From: an uncultured delta proteobacterium
GTDB lineage: Bacteria > Desulfobacterota > Binatia > HRBIN30 > BPIQ01
Reading direction: 5' to 3'
Assembly: GCA_963761335.1 (NCBI GenBank)
Contig: CAVXGR010000018.1
Coordinates: forward strand, 576,001 to 640,000
Length of the DNA: 64,000 nt
Below are positions 38,547 through 48,132 of this stretch, in pieces; position 1 is the stretch's first letter, and each line of letters starts with the position of its first letter. The notes below the pieces were generated by a model. The model was given only the letters and a program-made list of their open reading frames with translations, ran no database searches and had not been told where the DNA came from. Made by a program: the position numbers and the translations under genes.

Positions 38547-39074
38547 ATGCCCATGGAAAGGGAAACTCTCATTGCGATCATCGCCGCGCTCGGCCTGTCG
38601 CTGGGCGCCATTGCCGGGCTCGGGGCGGAGGAGGGGAGGGTCGCCGACTTTCACCAGTGGATCGAGCAACGGATGCATCCTCCACGCCGGGATGAAGCGG
38701 ATGGCGAGGCACGGCGTCGGATCCGCGGCCGCATAGATGATCTGCGCCGCGCCCGCCGCGATGCCGAGGTGAGCGTGCACCGGGTGCGCTGGCACAGCGA
38801 CCAGGGCATGCGCGACGGCGAGCCGTGGCGCATGCTGCTGCGGAGAGACCGCCGCGACGGCACCCTCGGTGGTCGGATCAGCACCGCCCGGCCGAGCCCC
38901 TTCGCCGACGGCACCATTCGCGGTCGAATGGACGGCGAAGGCATCAGCGGCCAAGTCGTGGACGCGGCGGGCAATCAGCTGGGAAGCTTCACCGGGACGG
39001 TTTCGGGGGATGCCATGAGCGGCACCTTCGAGAGCGCCGACGGCGACTACGGCACCTGGCGCACCGACGACTGA
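38547..39074 (+). CDS. Hypothetical exported protein with Gly-rich beta C-terminus
   Basis: AAGGAGG RBS; hydrophobic N-terminus; G.F.GT..G..MSGT.....G..GTW pattern. Confidence 0.7.
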   Translation: MPMERETLIAIIAALGLSLGAIAGLGAEEGRVADFHQWIEQRMHPPRRDEADGEARRRIRGRIDDLRRARRDAEVSVHRVRWHSDQGMRDGEPWRMLLRRDRRDGTLGGRISTARPSPFADGTIRGRMDGEGISGQVVDAAGNQLGSFTGTVSGDAMSGTFESADGDYGTWRTDD

Positions 39075-39085
39075 GTTGCTGACCG

Positions 39086-39631
39086 ATGTGCCGCTCGCCG
39101 TGGGCGCGGTTGGCGCTGCTGGCTGCCCTGCTGGCGCCGGCCGCCGTCGTCGCCCAGCAGATCGCTCTCTACTCGCCGCTCGCCGGGGTCCCGGGCGCCG
39201 GCTGCGCCGACCGCCCTGCCGTCTCGCTGCTCACGCGGCAGCTGCCGATTCCGCTGGCCGCCATCTCTGCCGAAGACGTGCGCGGTGTCCGCGCCGTGAT
39301 CGTTCCCCTCTCGCTCGAGCCCGGGTTCCCCGTCAGCGGCGCGCGCCCGGAGTTCTATCGGGTCATCGTCGATCTCGGAGCGCAGGCGCGTCGCCAGCTG
39401 CGCGACGCACTCGAGAGCGGATGCCGCGGTGAAAGCGCGCTGGCGCTGGACGTCGACGGGGCCTTTCTCGACGTTCCGGTCACCGCCCCGTGCACGGGAG
39501 CGGAGCTGCGCGCCCGCTTTGGCGACCGCGAGTCGGCGCGGCGCTTCGCGGCCATGTTCTCCGCCACGCCGCTCGCCTTCTTCCTCGACCCCCGCCTCGA
39601 CCCCTTCCGCGGCGGCCGGCGCGAACCGTGA
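39086..39631 (+). CDS. Exported protein, paralogue of 37677..38300
   Basis: Signal peptide; shared pattern P.A.I...DV.G.R...P...RV..DL...A...L..A....C...L...D...V..C...F..RE.A...A..F. Confidence 0.65.
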   Translation: MCRSPWARLALLAALLAPAAVVAQQIALYSPLAGVPGAGCADRPAVSLLTRQLPIPLAAISAEDVRGVRAVIVPLSLEPGFPVSGARPEFYRVIVDLGAQARRQLRDALESGCRGESALALDVDGAFLDVPVTAPCTGAELRARFGDRESARRFAAMFSATPLAFFLDPRLDPFRGGRREP

Positions 39632-39687
39632 TCCGCTGCCCTTGCCGAGGGGCATTGTGGTAGACCCCGGAGGGAGAAATCCCGCGG

Positions 39688-41175
39688 ATGCGAAGAATCG
39701 TCGCCATCGCGACCGGTGTCGCGTTACTGGCCGTGGTCGCCGTCGGCACCCGCTTGCTGTGGGTCGCCTTGCACGTGGCAGCCGGCTACACGGCACACGT
39801 GACGTGCTCATTGGCTCTGATCTCGGGTCAGGACCCGGCGGAGGTGTTCGGCGACTATGTGTCGCGCGAGGTTGCGCCTGCGGATCGGGTCCTTCGCGTC
39901 GCCGTGTCGCCCGCCGGAGCCGATGCCAGCGTGCTCGGCCTGATGCACGCGCGCGCCGCGTACCGCCGCGGCCTCGGCTGCACTCTGCTTCCCGTAGGGA
40001 GCAGGGACGACCTGCCGCTGCCGGACGGCCTCGCGATTCCGCGGCGCCGCCTCGATCCCGCTCTGCCGTGGCCGGATGGCGGCGCGGGAGTGAAGGCGCC
40101 GCCGGATCCGGCGATCGCCTCCGCCATCGACCGAGCCTTTCGCGAGCCGGTGCCTCCCCAGCCGGGTGGCATCCGGCAGACCAGGGCCGTGCTGGTGGCC
40201 AGAGACGGGCAGCTGCTTGCCGAGCGCTACGCGCCGGGGTACGGGCCGCAGACGCCGATGCTGTCTTGGTCGATGGCGAAGAGCGTCACTGCCGCCCTCG
40301 TTGGGGTCGCCGTCGGCGACGGTCGCCTGGGGTTGGGCGTCCCGGCGGCGGTGCCCGAGTGGGCGGCGCCGAGCGATCCCCGCCACGCGATCACGCTCGA
40401 CGAGCTCCTGCGCATGTCGAGCGGCCTCGCCTTCGACGAGCACTACGGCGCCATCAACGACGTCTCGCGAATGCTGTTCACCATGCCTGACACGGGAGCC
40501 TTCGCGGCGCGACAGCCGCTGGCCTTCCCGCCCGACACGCACTGGTCCTACTCGAGCGGCACGGCCAACATCATCTCGCGCCTGCTGCGCGACTCTTTCG
40601 GCGGCGATCTCGCGCAGCTGGCTCGCTACGCCGACGAGCGGCTGTTCGACCCGGCGGGAATGACCAGCGCCTTCTTCGAGCCCGACGAATCGGGCACGCC
40701 GATCGGATCCTCCTTCGCCTTCATGACCGGGCGCGACTGGGCGCGTTTCGGCGAGCTGCACCGGCGGGACGGCGTGTGGAACGGGCGACGCATCCTGCCC
40801 GAAGGCTGGGTGCGGTACGTGACCACGCCGACGCCGGCGGCGCCGGACGGCTCGTACGGGGCGCTCTGGTGGCTGAACGCCGGCTCTCCGCGGAATGCCT
40901 CCTCCCGGCCCTGGCCGGCGTTGCCGGCTGATACCTACGCGGCCAGTGGGCACAGCGGCCAGTGGGTGTTCGTCGTCCCTTCTGCGAAGCTCGTCGTGGT
41001 GCGCCTGGGGCTGTCGTTTCCCGACGACGGCAACGACGGGGCCGTGGATCTGGTCGCCGACCTGCTGCGGGCGTTCGCGGCGGCAGACGGCGCCGCGAGC
41101 CACGCGGGCACGGCGGGCGGAGCGCCAGCCGCCAGGCAGAATGCGGTCCGGCTGGCCGCGGCGCCAGGGGCGTGA
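39688..41175 (+). CDS. Serine hydrolase, beta-lactamase class C-like family
   Basis: SWSMAKS (SxxK), LLRMSSGL, WSYSSG, RDWARFG and SGHSGQ. Confidence 0.9.
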   Translation: MRRIVAIATGVALLAVVAVGTRLLWVALHVAAGYTAHVTCSLALISGQDPAEVFGDYVSREVAPADRVLRVAVSPAGADASVLGLMHARAAYRRGLGCTLLPVGSRDDLPLPDGLAIPRRRLDPALPWPDGGAGVKAPPDPAIASAIDRAFREPVPPQPGGIRQTRAVLVARDGQLLAERYAPGYGPQTPMLSWSMAKSVTAALVGVAVGDGRLGLGVPAAVPEWAAPSDPRHAITLDELLRMSSGLAFDEHYGAINDVSRMLFTMPDTGAFAARQPLAFPPDTHWSYSSGTANIISRLLRDSFGGDLAQLARYADERLFDPAGMTSAFFEPDESGTPIGSSFAFMTGRDWARFGELHRRDGVWNGRRILPEGWVRYVTTPTPAAPDGSYGALWWLNAGSPRNASSRPWPALPADTYAASGHSGQWVFVVPSAKLVVVRLGLSFPDDGNDGAVDLVADLLRAFAAADGAASHAGTAGGAPAARQNAVRLAAAPGA

Positions 41176-41192
41176 TAGCTCGCCCCTCCAGC

Positions 41193-41693
41193 ATGCAAAT
41201 TGAGATCTGCGAAGCGAGCTTCGGCGACGCGGCGCACTGCGCCGGAATCGTCGATGTGCTCGACTCCTATGCCGCCGATCCGGTCGGCGGCGGCGTGCCG
41301 CTCAGCGCCGAGGTGCGCGCGCGTCTGATCGCCGGGCTGCGCCGGGTTCCCACGGCTCTGGTGCTGATTGCCTTTGCGGCAGATCGCCCTGTCGGCATCG
41401 CGATCTGCTTCTTCGGCTTCTCGACTTTCCAGGCTCGTCCGCTGTTGAACATTCACGACCTGGCGGTGCTTCCCGAGTACCGCGGCAAGGGGATCGGCCG
41501 GCGGCTTCTGGGCGCAGTCGAGGAGCACGCCTTGCAGCGCGGCTGTTGCAAGCTGACGCTCGAGGTCCAGGACGACAACCAGCCGGCCCGCGGTCTGTAC
41601 CATGCCTTCGGGTTCACGGACTTCGTCGTCGGCGATTCGGCGGTCACGCGGTTTCTGGCCAAACCCCTCAGCGGCGCCGCGCACGACGGGTAG
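41193..41693 (+). CDS. GNAT family N-acetyltransferase
   Basis: NIHDLAVLPEYRGKGIGRRLL...LTLEV..DN..A..LY..FGF. Confidence 0.92.
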   Translation: MQIEICEASFGDAAHCAGIVDVLDSYAADPVGGGVPLSAEVRARLIAGLRRVPTALVLIAFAADRPVGIAICFFGFSTFQARPLLNIHDLAVLPEYRGKGIGRRLLGAVEEHALQRGCCKLTLEVQDDNQPARGLYHAFGFTDFVVGDSAVTRFLAKPLSGAAHDG

Positions 41694-41790
41694 TGAAGCG
41701 AGCCGCCCTGCTGCTACGCAGGCGCCGTTTTCGGCGTCTGGTGGTGAGCCGCAAGGCTCGTGACACACCGGGCCCGACGGTTCGTTCTCT

Positions 41791-42807
41791 CTACCAGAGG
41801 CGGCGGCCTTGCCGGAATCCGAGATAGCCCATGGCGAGCAGCACGAGAGCGGCAAACGCCAGCGCCCACGGCGACATCGCCGGCGCGCGGTAGCCGATCG
41901 CGTCGGTGGTGGTGCATGCCAGGCCGGAGAGAACCTGCCCGTCCTCCGGCGTCGTGCACGGCGAACACACGCCGCCGGTCTCGCAGTCGCCGTTGCTGTT
42001 GCAGCCGTAGCCGTCAAGGTCTCCGCCGACGCAGATGCCGGGGAGGCAATCCGTCTGTCCGGGGCAGTCGTTGATGTCCTCGCAGGGGACGTTCTTCGCT
42101 GTCTTGCAGACGCCGTTGTTCTTGGTCGAGAAGGCCACGGTCCAGTTGTGGAGGGTCCCGCCATAGATCGGCGTGAAGACGAGCTGGCCCGTCTTCGTCT
42201 CACCGGCATCGAGCTTTAACGTGAAGCACGCCCCGGCGTGACCGTTCGGCCCGATGCCGCACACCACCGGGCTCAGCGAGTTGGCCGTGGTCTCGGAGCT
42301 CGAGTCCGCCGCCATGTGCTCGCCCATGCCGGCGATGGACGGCGGGATGTGGCAGGTGACTCCCGAGGCGTTGGTGTCGCAGTGGATCTCGTCCCCGCCG
42401 ACGGTGGTCATGACGGCAGATGCGGCCGATGTGCTCCCGCTCGTGTCGCCGCCCACCATGCAGATGATCTCACCATCGATGATCTGGCACTCCGCCATTC
42501 CTCCGGGAACGGTGTAGTCGCCTCCCGTGCAGAAGGCATCGGCGGCGGCGGATGCCTGCGCTTGCTGATTCGGATCGGAAATCCGGCTGATCAGAAAATC
42601 CTTGGGGACAAACGGCACGAGAATCGCCGTGACGTTGCCGACCGGGCAGCTCGAGCGGTTGGTCATGGCGATGTCGAAGGTGACCGGCTCGCCGACGTGC
42701 ACCGTCGCCGGCGTGCTGGTGAGATCGACATCGATCCCACACCCGGCGCACAGAGCCGCCAGAGCCAACCCCAAGGCGAGCTTGCTCAAAAGACCGAGTC
42801 GTCGCAC
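41791..42807 (-). CDS. Cys-rich lipoprotein with IPTL-CTERM-like C-terminal sorting signal
   Basis: GTG 42807 after GGAGG; lipobox LCAGC; C-terminus APAMSPWALAFAALVLLAMGYLGFRQGRR. Confidence 0.7.
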   Translation of the reverse strand: MRRLGLLSKLALGLALAALCAGCGIDVDLTSTPATVHVGEPVTFDIAMTNRSSCPVGNVTAILVPFVPKDFLISRISDPNQQAQASAAADAFCTGGDYTVPGGMAECQIIDGEIICMVGGDTSGSTSAASAVMTTVGGDEIHCDTNASGVTCHIPPSIAGMGEHMAADSSSETTANSLSPVVCGIGPNGHAGACFTLKLDAGETKTGQLVFTPIYGGTLHNWTVAFSTKNNGVCKTAKNVPCEDINDCPGQTDCLPGICVGGDLDGYGCNSNGDCETGGVCSPCTTPEDGQVLSGLACTTTDAIGYRAPAMSPWALAFAALVLLAMGYLGFRQGRRLW

Positions 42808-42984
42808 GTGCGCCTCCCTCCCCCTGCCGTAAAGGTCAAAATCTGCCTGCTGTTTACCGTTTCTGCCTTGCGCCGACAAGTACCCAAGCAAGAGTAGTGG
42901 TGGATCTTGAGATCAACCGCGTTTCGTTTCAACTTCCCCTTACCAATCAAAATCCCCCACGACCCAACTTGGGCTGGGGGATCG

Positions 42985-43204
42985 CGCCGCGAAGCGGCGC
43001 AGGCATGTAGCCCCGGGTCGGAGACCCGGGGATCCCGGGTCCGCCTTCCCCGAAGCGCCCCGCCAGGGGCGCAGGCGTGCAAGCCGGGGCGCAGAGGCCT
43101 GTGTCAAAACCGCGCCCGCACCCCTGGCGGGGCGCCAACGGACGTCGACTTCGGGATCCCCGGGTCTCCGACCCGGGGCTACACGCCTGCGCCCCTCCGG
43201 GGCG
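42985..43204. repeat. REP/MITE-like element with ~52-bp inverted arms and internal hairpins
   Basis: cgcaggcatgtagccccgggtcggagacccggggatccc (to 43036) is the reverse complement of gggatccccgggtctccgacccggggctacacgcctgcg (from 43153). Related units lie at about 44810 and 52581-52661. Confidence 0.8.
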
Positions 43205-43401
43205 AACGATCTCCGCGCTCGCGGCCACAGATGCAACCAGGGGAAGTCGGGTTCAACTCAACCAAGCGGGGGTTGTGGTGGATCGGAGTTGACCGCGTTT
43301 CATTTCAAAATCCCCCACTACCGGCAAAAGAGTGTCGAGCCGGTGCCCTCCAGAATGCGCCCAGGCTGGCCGCGCTCCCAGGGAGCGGCCTCGCCCGCCT
43401 C

Positions 43402-44553
43402 TCAGATCTTGTAGCGCTGCAGCAGCTGCCGGGCGATCACGGTGCGCTGGATCTCGTTGGTGCCCTCGCCGATGAGCATGAGCGGGGCGTCGCGGTAGAA
43501 GCGCTCGACGGGGAACTCCTGGGTGTAGCCGTAGCCGCCGAGGATGCGCATCGCCTCCAGCGAGATCTCCTGGCAGGCCTCCGAGGCGAAGAGCTTTGCC
43601 ATGCCCGCCTCGAGGTCGCAGCGCTCGCCCCGATCCTTTCGCTCCGCGGCCTGATAGGTGAGCAGGCGGGCCGCCTCGAGCTTGGTGCCCATGTCGGCGA
43701 GCTTGAGCTGGATCGCCTGGTGCTCGGCGATCACCTTGCCGAAGGTCTGCCGCTGCTGGGCATAGCGAATGGCGCACTCGAAGGCGGCGCGCGACACGCC
43801 GACGGCGCGCGCCGCGATGTTGATGCGCCCAACCTCGAGACCGCTCATCACGTGGCGGAATCCCTCGCCCTCGACGCCGCCGATCAGGTTGGCGGCCGGG
43901 ACGGGGTGGTCCTCGAAGACCACCTCGCAGGTCTCGATGCCCTTGTAGCCGAGCTTGGCGATGTCGCGGCTGACGCTGACCCCCGGGCCGCGCTCGGCGA
44001 CGAACATGCTGATGCCGCGGTAGGGCGGGTCGGCGTCCTTGTCGGTCTTGGCCGCGGTGGCGTAGAGCGTCGCCGTGCGCGCGTTGGTGATGAACATCTT
44101 GGTGCCGTTCAGCAGGTAGACGTCGCCCTTGCGCGTCGCCGTGGTGCGGATGCGCTGCACGTCACTGCCGGCGTGCGGTTCGGTGAGACACAGGGCGCCG
44201 CGGTGCTCGCCGCGGGCCATGCCCGGAAGGTACTTCTCCTTCTGCTCCGCGGTTCCGTGCATGCGCAGCATGTAAGCCAGCATCAGATGCGTGTTGAGCA
44301 CTCCAGAGAGGCTCATCCAGCCGCGGCAGATCTCCTCGACGACCATGGCGTAGGTCGTGGTGTCGAGCCCGAGCCCGCCGTACTCCTGGGGAATGGTCGC
44401 CCCGAAGAGGCCGAGCTCGCGCATCTGATCCACCAGCGCCTGCGGGTACTCGTTGCGGTGCTCCAGCTCGCTGGCGTTGGGCATCACCTCGCGCTCGACG
44501 AAACGGCGGACGGTGGCGACGATCTCCTCGCGGACTTCGAGTGGCGTGCTCAA
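43402..44553 (-). CDS. Acyl-CoA dehydrogenase
   Basis: TTG 44553 after AAAGGAGG; LTEPHAGSD, LNGTKMFITN, R.TFGK.I..HQAIQ, GGYGY..EFPVER.YRDA....IGEGTNEIQR. Confidence 0.95.
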   Translation of the reverse strand: MSTPLEVREEIVATVRRFVEREVMPNASELEHRNEYPQALVDQMRELGLFGATIPQEYGGLGLDTTTYAMVVEEICRGWMSLSGVLNTHLMLAYMLRMHGTAEQKEKYLPGMARGEHRGALCLTEPHAGSDVQRIRTTATRKGDVYLLNGTKMFITNARTATLYATAAKTDKDADPPYRGISMFVAERGPGVSVSRDIAKLGYKGIETCEVVFEDHPVPAANLIGGVEGEGFRHVMSGLEVGRINIAARAVGVSRAAFECAIRYAQQRQTFGKVIAEHQAIQLKLADMGTKLEAARLLTYQAAERKDRGERCDLEAGMAKLFASEACQEISLEAMRILGGYGYTQEFPVERFYRDAPLMLIGEGTNEIQRTVIARQLLQRYKI

Positions 44554-44626
44554 GGGAACCTCCTTTGGAAGAACCCGCTGTCTGTCACGGAAGCCGCAGG
44601 GTTGGCAAGCGTGAGCGCTGTGGAAA

Positions 44627-44730
44627 GCAAAGACGCAAAGACGCAAAGACGCAAAGACGCAAAGACGCAAAGACGCAAAGACGCAAAGACGCAAAGACGC
44701 AAAGACGCAAAGACGCAAAGACGCAAAGAC
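44627..44730. repeat. Perfect tandem repeat (GCAAAGAC)x13
   Basis: 104 bp of the 8-mer, counted directly, in the divergent intergenic region. Confidence 0.95.
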
Positions 44731-44887
44731 GACTAGGGGTCCGCCACCGGATCATCTCTTGAACATCGACTCGGCCGCTCTTGGGGCGAAGTGGGGGAGC
44801 CGCTTTCTTGCGCCCCTGCGGGGCGTCGGTTAGGTTCTGGCGCGCTATGGGTGCCGGATCCCGCGGGTGCAGGCGCGAGGCGGTTGC

Positions 44888-47140
44888 GTGAAGGCGGTTG
44901 CCTCGGGGCTCTGCGCCTGCGCCATCGTCTTCCTGCTGGCCGGCGCCGCGGTGACGCCCGCGGTGGAGTCGCCGGCGGCCTCTCCCGAGGCGCCGTCGCC
45001 GGTGGCCACCGAGGTGTTCACCGGCAGCGGCGAGGCGCAGCGGGCGGTGGAGCGCCCGGCGACGCCGACCGTGGCCTACTGGCGCGTCGAGATCTATGTG
45101 GAGATGCCGGCGGCGACCCCCGGGGCGCGCCTCGAGATGCTTCTGCCGCTCTCCGACGCCCATCAGCGCATCCTCGTCCGCCGCGTCGTCGCCGACGACT
45201 TCTCCTTCCAGGAGAGCAGCTCCAGCCTGAACCTGCGCGGCATCTGGGTGCGCACCGCGTCGCCGGAGCCGGCAGAGATCCAGTATGAGATCACCGCGGA
45301 GATCAGCGACTCCGAGGCGACCATCCCACGCGACGCGCGCGCCCGGAAGAGGCGTCTCTCGGCGGAGAGCCGCGACGATCTCGAGGCCTCGGCTCTGGTG
45401 CAGAGCGGCGACCCGGAAATTCGCCGCCGGGCGCGCGAGCTCACTGCGGATACGCCGACGACGGACGCCGCGGCCTGGGCGCTCTTCCAGTACGCCGCTT
45501 CCCTGGCGCACGGCGGCGGCGCCGAGGTGCAGGAGGACGCCCGCAGCGTTCTGCAGGCACAACGCGGGAACGCCACCGGCAAGGCACGGCTGCTCACCGC
45601 CATGCTGCGCAGCCGCGGGATTCCGGCGCGCGTCGTCGGCGGGCTCAAGCTCGAGGATGCGACCAAGAAGCGCGCCACCGTCTCCTGGGTGGAGGCCGAC
45701 CTCGGCAACGGCTGGGTGCCCGTGGACCCGGGCGGCAACCACTTCGGTTGGCTACCCCACGACTATCTCGCCCTCTATCGCGGCGACCTGCCGTTGATCG
45801 TGCACAGCGGCGGGCTCGACGTCGAGTATGGCTTCGTGGTTCGCAAGGCCACGCGCGAGGTCGCTCTCGGCCTTGAGCGCGCTCAGCCGGGGACGCGCCG
45901 GGTGCAGGTGGAGACGCGCATCGGCGCGCAGCGCGTGCGCGCCGTCACCAGCTATCAGGACAAGCCGGTCGCCTCGGCGCTGCTGCTCGTCGACCAGAGC
46001 GTCCCGGAGAACGTCAGCGAGCGCATCGTGCGCGAGGCGCGCGCCGACGAGGTGAGCATCGTGATGCTGCAGGCGAGCTTCGAGTCGCGCTACTTCCGCG
46101 AGCAGCACCTGCAGCGGCTGGTCGCCAACAACGTCAGTCTGGTGAGCGGCGCCCACATGGTGCTGGTGTCCACCATGGACGACGCCGGGCTCTACGCCCT
46201 CTTCGCGCTCGGCGAGCGCGGCATCACCATGGGCGACGCGCGCATCGTCATTGCCGGCAGCTTCCCGGCGCCGGTCGGCACCGTCCTCGGCGCCGTGCTG
46301 CTGCGCCTGCTCGACGCCGGCGAGATCGTCCTCGTGCATCGCCCGGCGGCTCTTCTCGGCCTCTGGGAGACGGCGCGGGCCAACCTGCTGCGCGGCGTGC
46401 CCATGGAGGAGTCGTCGCAGAAATGGGATCTGCAGATGCGCACAGTGACCCCGGCGACCCTGCGGCAGATGAGTCGCTGGCGACGGCTGGTGGTCGGCGC
46501 CTGGACCCGTGCCGTGCGCGCCCAGGTGCCCCTGCAGGCGCTCAACCTGATCCTCATCCTGCCGATCATCGCGTCGATCATCGTCATCGCCCGCGTGGTC
46601 GTCGGCATCGATACCTTCGGCACCTTCTCCCCGGTGATCGTCTCGCTGGCATTCCTCACCACCGGCCTGCAATGGGGCGCGATCATCTTCGTCGTCATCG
46701 TCACCTCGGGCGCCTTGGTGCGCATGCTGCTGCAGCGCCTGCGGCTGCAGCTGGTGTCGCGGCTGTCCATTCTCATCGCCACGGTCGCCGGGGTGATGGC
46801 CGGCCTGACCGTGCTCGGCGCCTCCTTCGGCATCGGGGCGCTGATCAACGTCAGCATCTTCCCCATGGTGATCATGTCGAGTGTGATCGAGAACTTCGCC
46901 TCGTCGCAGTTCGAGTTCGGCACGCGCGAAGCGGTGCGCCTGACCTTCAACACGCTGATCATGGCCTGCATCTGCTATCTCTCGATCGAGACGCTCGGGC
47001 TGCAGTCGATCGTGCTGGCCTTCCCCGAGGTCATTCTCGTCGCCGTCGGCCTCAACGTCGCCCTCGGCAAGTGGCGCGGGCTGCGCCTCACCGAGTACCT
47101 GCGCTTCGCCGACCTGGCGCGGGAACGCCCGCGGGCATGA
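44888..47140 (+). CDS. Inactive transglutaminase-like protein fused to 7TM domain
   Basis: Transglutaminase-like core with the catalytic Cys and His replaced (GNATGKARLL; VSWVE). C-terminal VVGIDTFGTFSP...VSRLS...SIFPMVI....IE...GLRL.EY.RF. Confidence 0.88.
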   Translation: MKAVASGLCACAIVFLLAGAAVTPAVESPAASPEAPSPVATEVFTGSGEAQRAVERPATPTVAYWRVEIYVEMPAATPGARLEMLLPLSDAHQRILVRRVVADDFSFQESSSSLNLRGIWVRTASPEPAEIQYEITAEISDSEATIPRDARARKRRLSAESRDDLEASALVQSGDPEIRRRARELTADTPTTDAAAWALFQYAASLAHGGGAEVQEDARSVLQAQRGNATGKARLLTAMLRSRGIPARVVGGLKLEDATKKRATVSWVEADLGNGWVPVDPGGNHFGWLPHDYLALYRGDLPLIVHSGGLDVEYGFVVRKATREVALGLERAQPGTRRVQVETRIGAQRVRAVTSYQDKPVASALLLVDQSVPENVSERIVREARADEVSIVMLQASFESRYFREQHLQRLVANNVSLVSGAHMVLVSTMDDAGLYALFALGERGITMGDARIVIAGSFPAPVGTVLGAVLLRLLDAGEIVLVHRPAALLGLWETARANLLRGVPMEESSQKWDLQMRTVTPATLRQMSRWRRLVVGAWTRAVRAQVPLQALNLILILPIIASIIVIARVVVGIDTFGTFSPVIVSLAFLTTGLQWGAIIFVVIVTSGALVRMLLQRLRLQLVSRLSILIATVAGVMAGLTVLGASFGIGALINVSIFPMVIMSSVIENFASSQFEFGTREAVRLTFNTLIMACICYLSIETLGLQSIVLAFPEVILVAVGLNVALGKWRGLRLTEYLRFADLARERPRA

Positions 47141-48090
47141 GTCTGATCCAGGGGCTGCGCCGCCTGCGCGCCGAGGTGCTCGGCATGAACCGGCGCAACA
47201 TCGACCTGCTGCAGCGCTACAACCGCGGCCCGCTCTACGCCATCGTCGACCACAAGCAGGAGACCAAGGTGGCGTTGGCCGCTCGCGGCCTGCCGGTGCC
47301 GGAGACCTATGCCGTGTGCGCCAGCCCTTCGCGGCTGGGACTCCTCGCCGACGAGATGATGCGGCGCAGCGAGTTCGTCCTCAAGCCGGCGCGCGGCGCC
47401 GGGGGCGAGGGCATCGTCGTCATCGCGGCGCGCGACGGTGAGATCTTTCGCACCGCCAGCGGCCGGCGAATCAAGCGCTCGCACATCGTCGCGCACGCCG
47501 CCGACATCCTCGCCGGCGCCTATGCGCTCAGTCAGGCGCGCGACGAGGCGCTGCTCGAGTACCGGCTGCGCGGCGCTCCGGAGCTGGCGCCCTTCAGCCC
47601 CGGCGGCGTTCCCGACGTCCGCGTGATCGTCTTTCGCGGTGTGCCGATCATGGCCATGCTGCGCCTGCCCACCACCGCCTCCGACGGCCGCGCCAACCTG
47701 CACGCCGGCGGCATCGGCGTGGGGATCGGTATCGCCAGCGGGCGAACGGGGGCGGCGGTGTGCCAGGGGCGCCCGATCTTCGCGCATCCGGACAGCGGCG
47801 CGACTCTGGGCGGCTGGACGGTGCCGCACTGGGAGCGGATGCGCCGCATGGCGGCCGAGGCCTACGAGGCCGTGCCACTCGGCTACTTCGGTGTCGACAT
47901 CGTTCTCGACGCCGCCCGCGGCCCGGTGATTCTGGAGATGAACGCCCGTCCCGGGCTGGCGATCCAGCTGGCGACGCAGCGCGGCCTGCGCGTCGTCGTC
48001 GATCGGGTCGCCGCCCTACAGAAGATCGAGGAGCGCCCCGCCGAAGAGCGCGACAGGGTGGGCGTGGAGATCTCGGCGCCGCTCGAATAG
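47137..48090 (+). CDS. Alpha-L-glutamate ligase-like ATP-grasp protein (RimK-related)
   Basis: VLGMNRRN, FVLKPARGAGGEGI, GVPDVRVI, AMLRLPT..SDGRANLH.GG and LEMNARPGL.IQ. Confidence 0.92.
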   Translation: MSLIQGLRRLRAEVLGMNRRNIDLLQRYNRGPLYAIVDHKQETKVALAARGLPVPETYAVCASPSRLGLLADEMMRRSEFVLKPARGAGGEGIVVIAARDGEIFRTASGRRIKRSHIVAHAADILAGAYALSQARDEALLEYRLRGAPELAPFSPGGVPDVRVIVFRGVPIMAMLRLPTTASDGRANLHAGGIGVGIGIASGRTGAAVCQGRPIFAHPDSGATLGGWTVPHWERMRRMAAEAYEAVPLGYFGVDIVLDAARGPVILEMNARPGLAIQLATQRGLRVVVDRVAALQKIEERPAEERDRVGVEISAPLE

Positions 48091-48132
48091 GTGGGAGGAC
48101 GCCAGCGGCTGCGGGAATTCTCATTCGTCATC

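Noticed and set aside
39688..41175. Antibiotic-resistance beta-lactamase
   Set aside because: The motifs fit the broad class C-like serine hydrolase/esterase family; nothing specific supports beta-lactamase activity.
42985..43204. Autonomous IS element
   Set aside because: No transposase ORF is present; recorded only as a REP/MITE-like repeat.
44585..44762. ORF extensions with LCVFASLR / RKDAKTQR repeats, and a possible CRISPR
   Set aside because: These are translations of the 8-bp tandem repeat, with no spacers and no cas genes. The acyl-CoA dehydrogenase has its own RBS and TTG at 44553.
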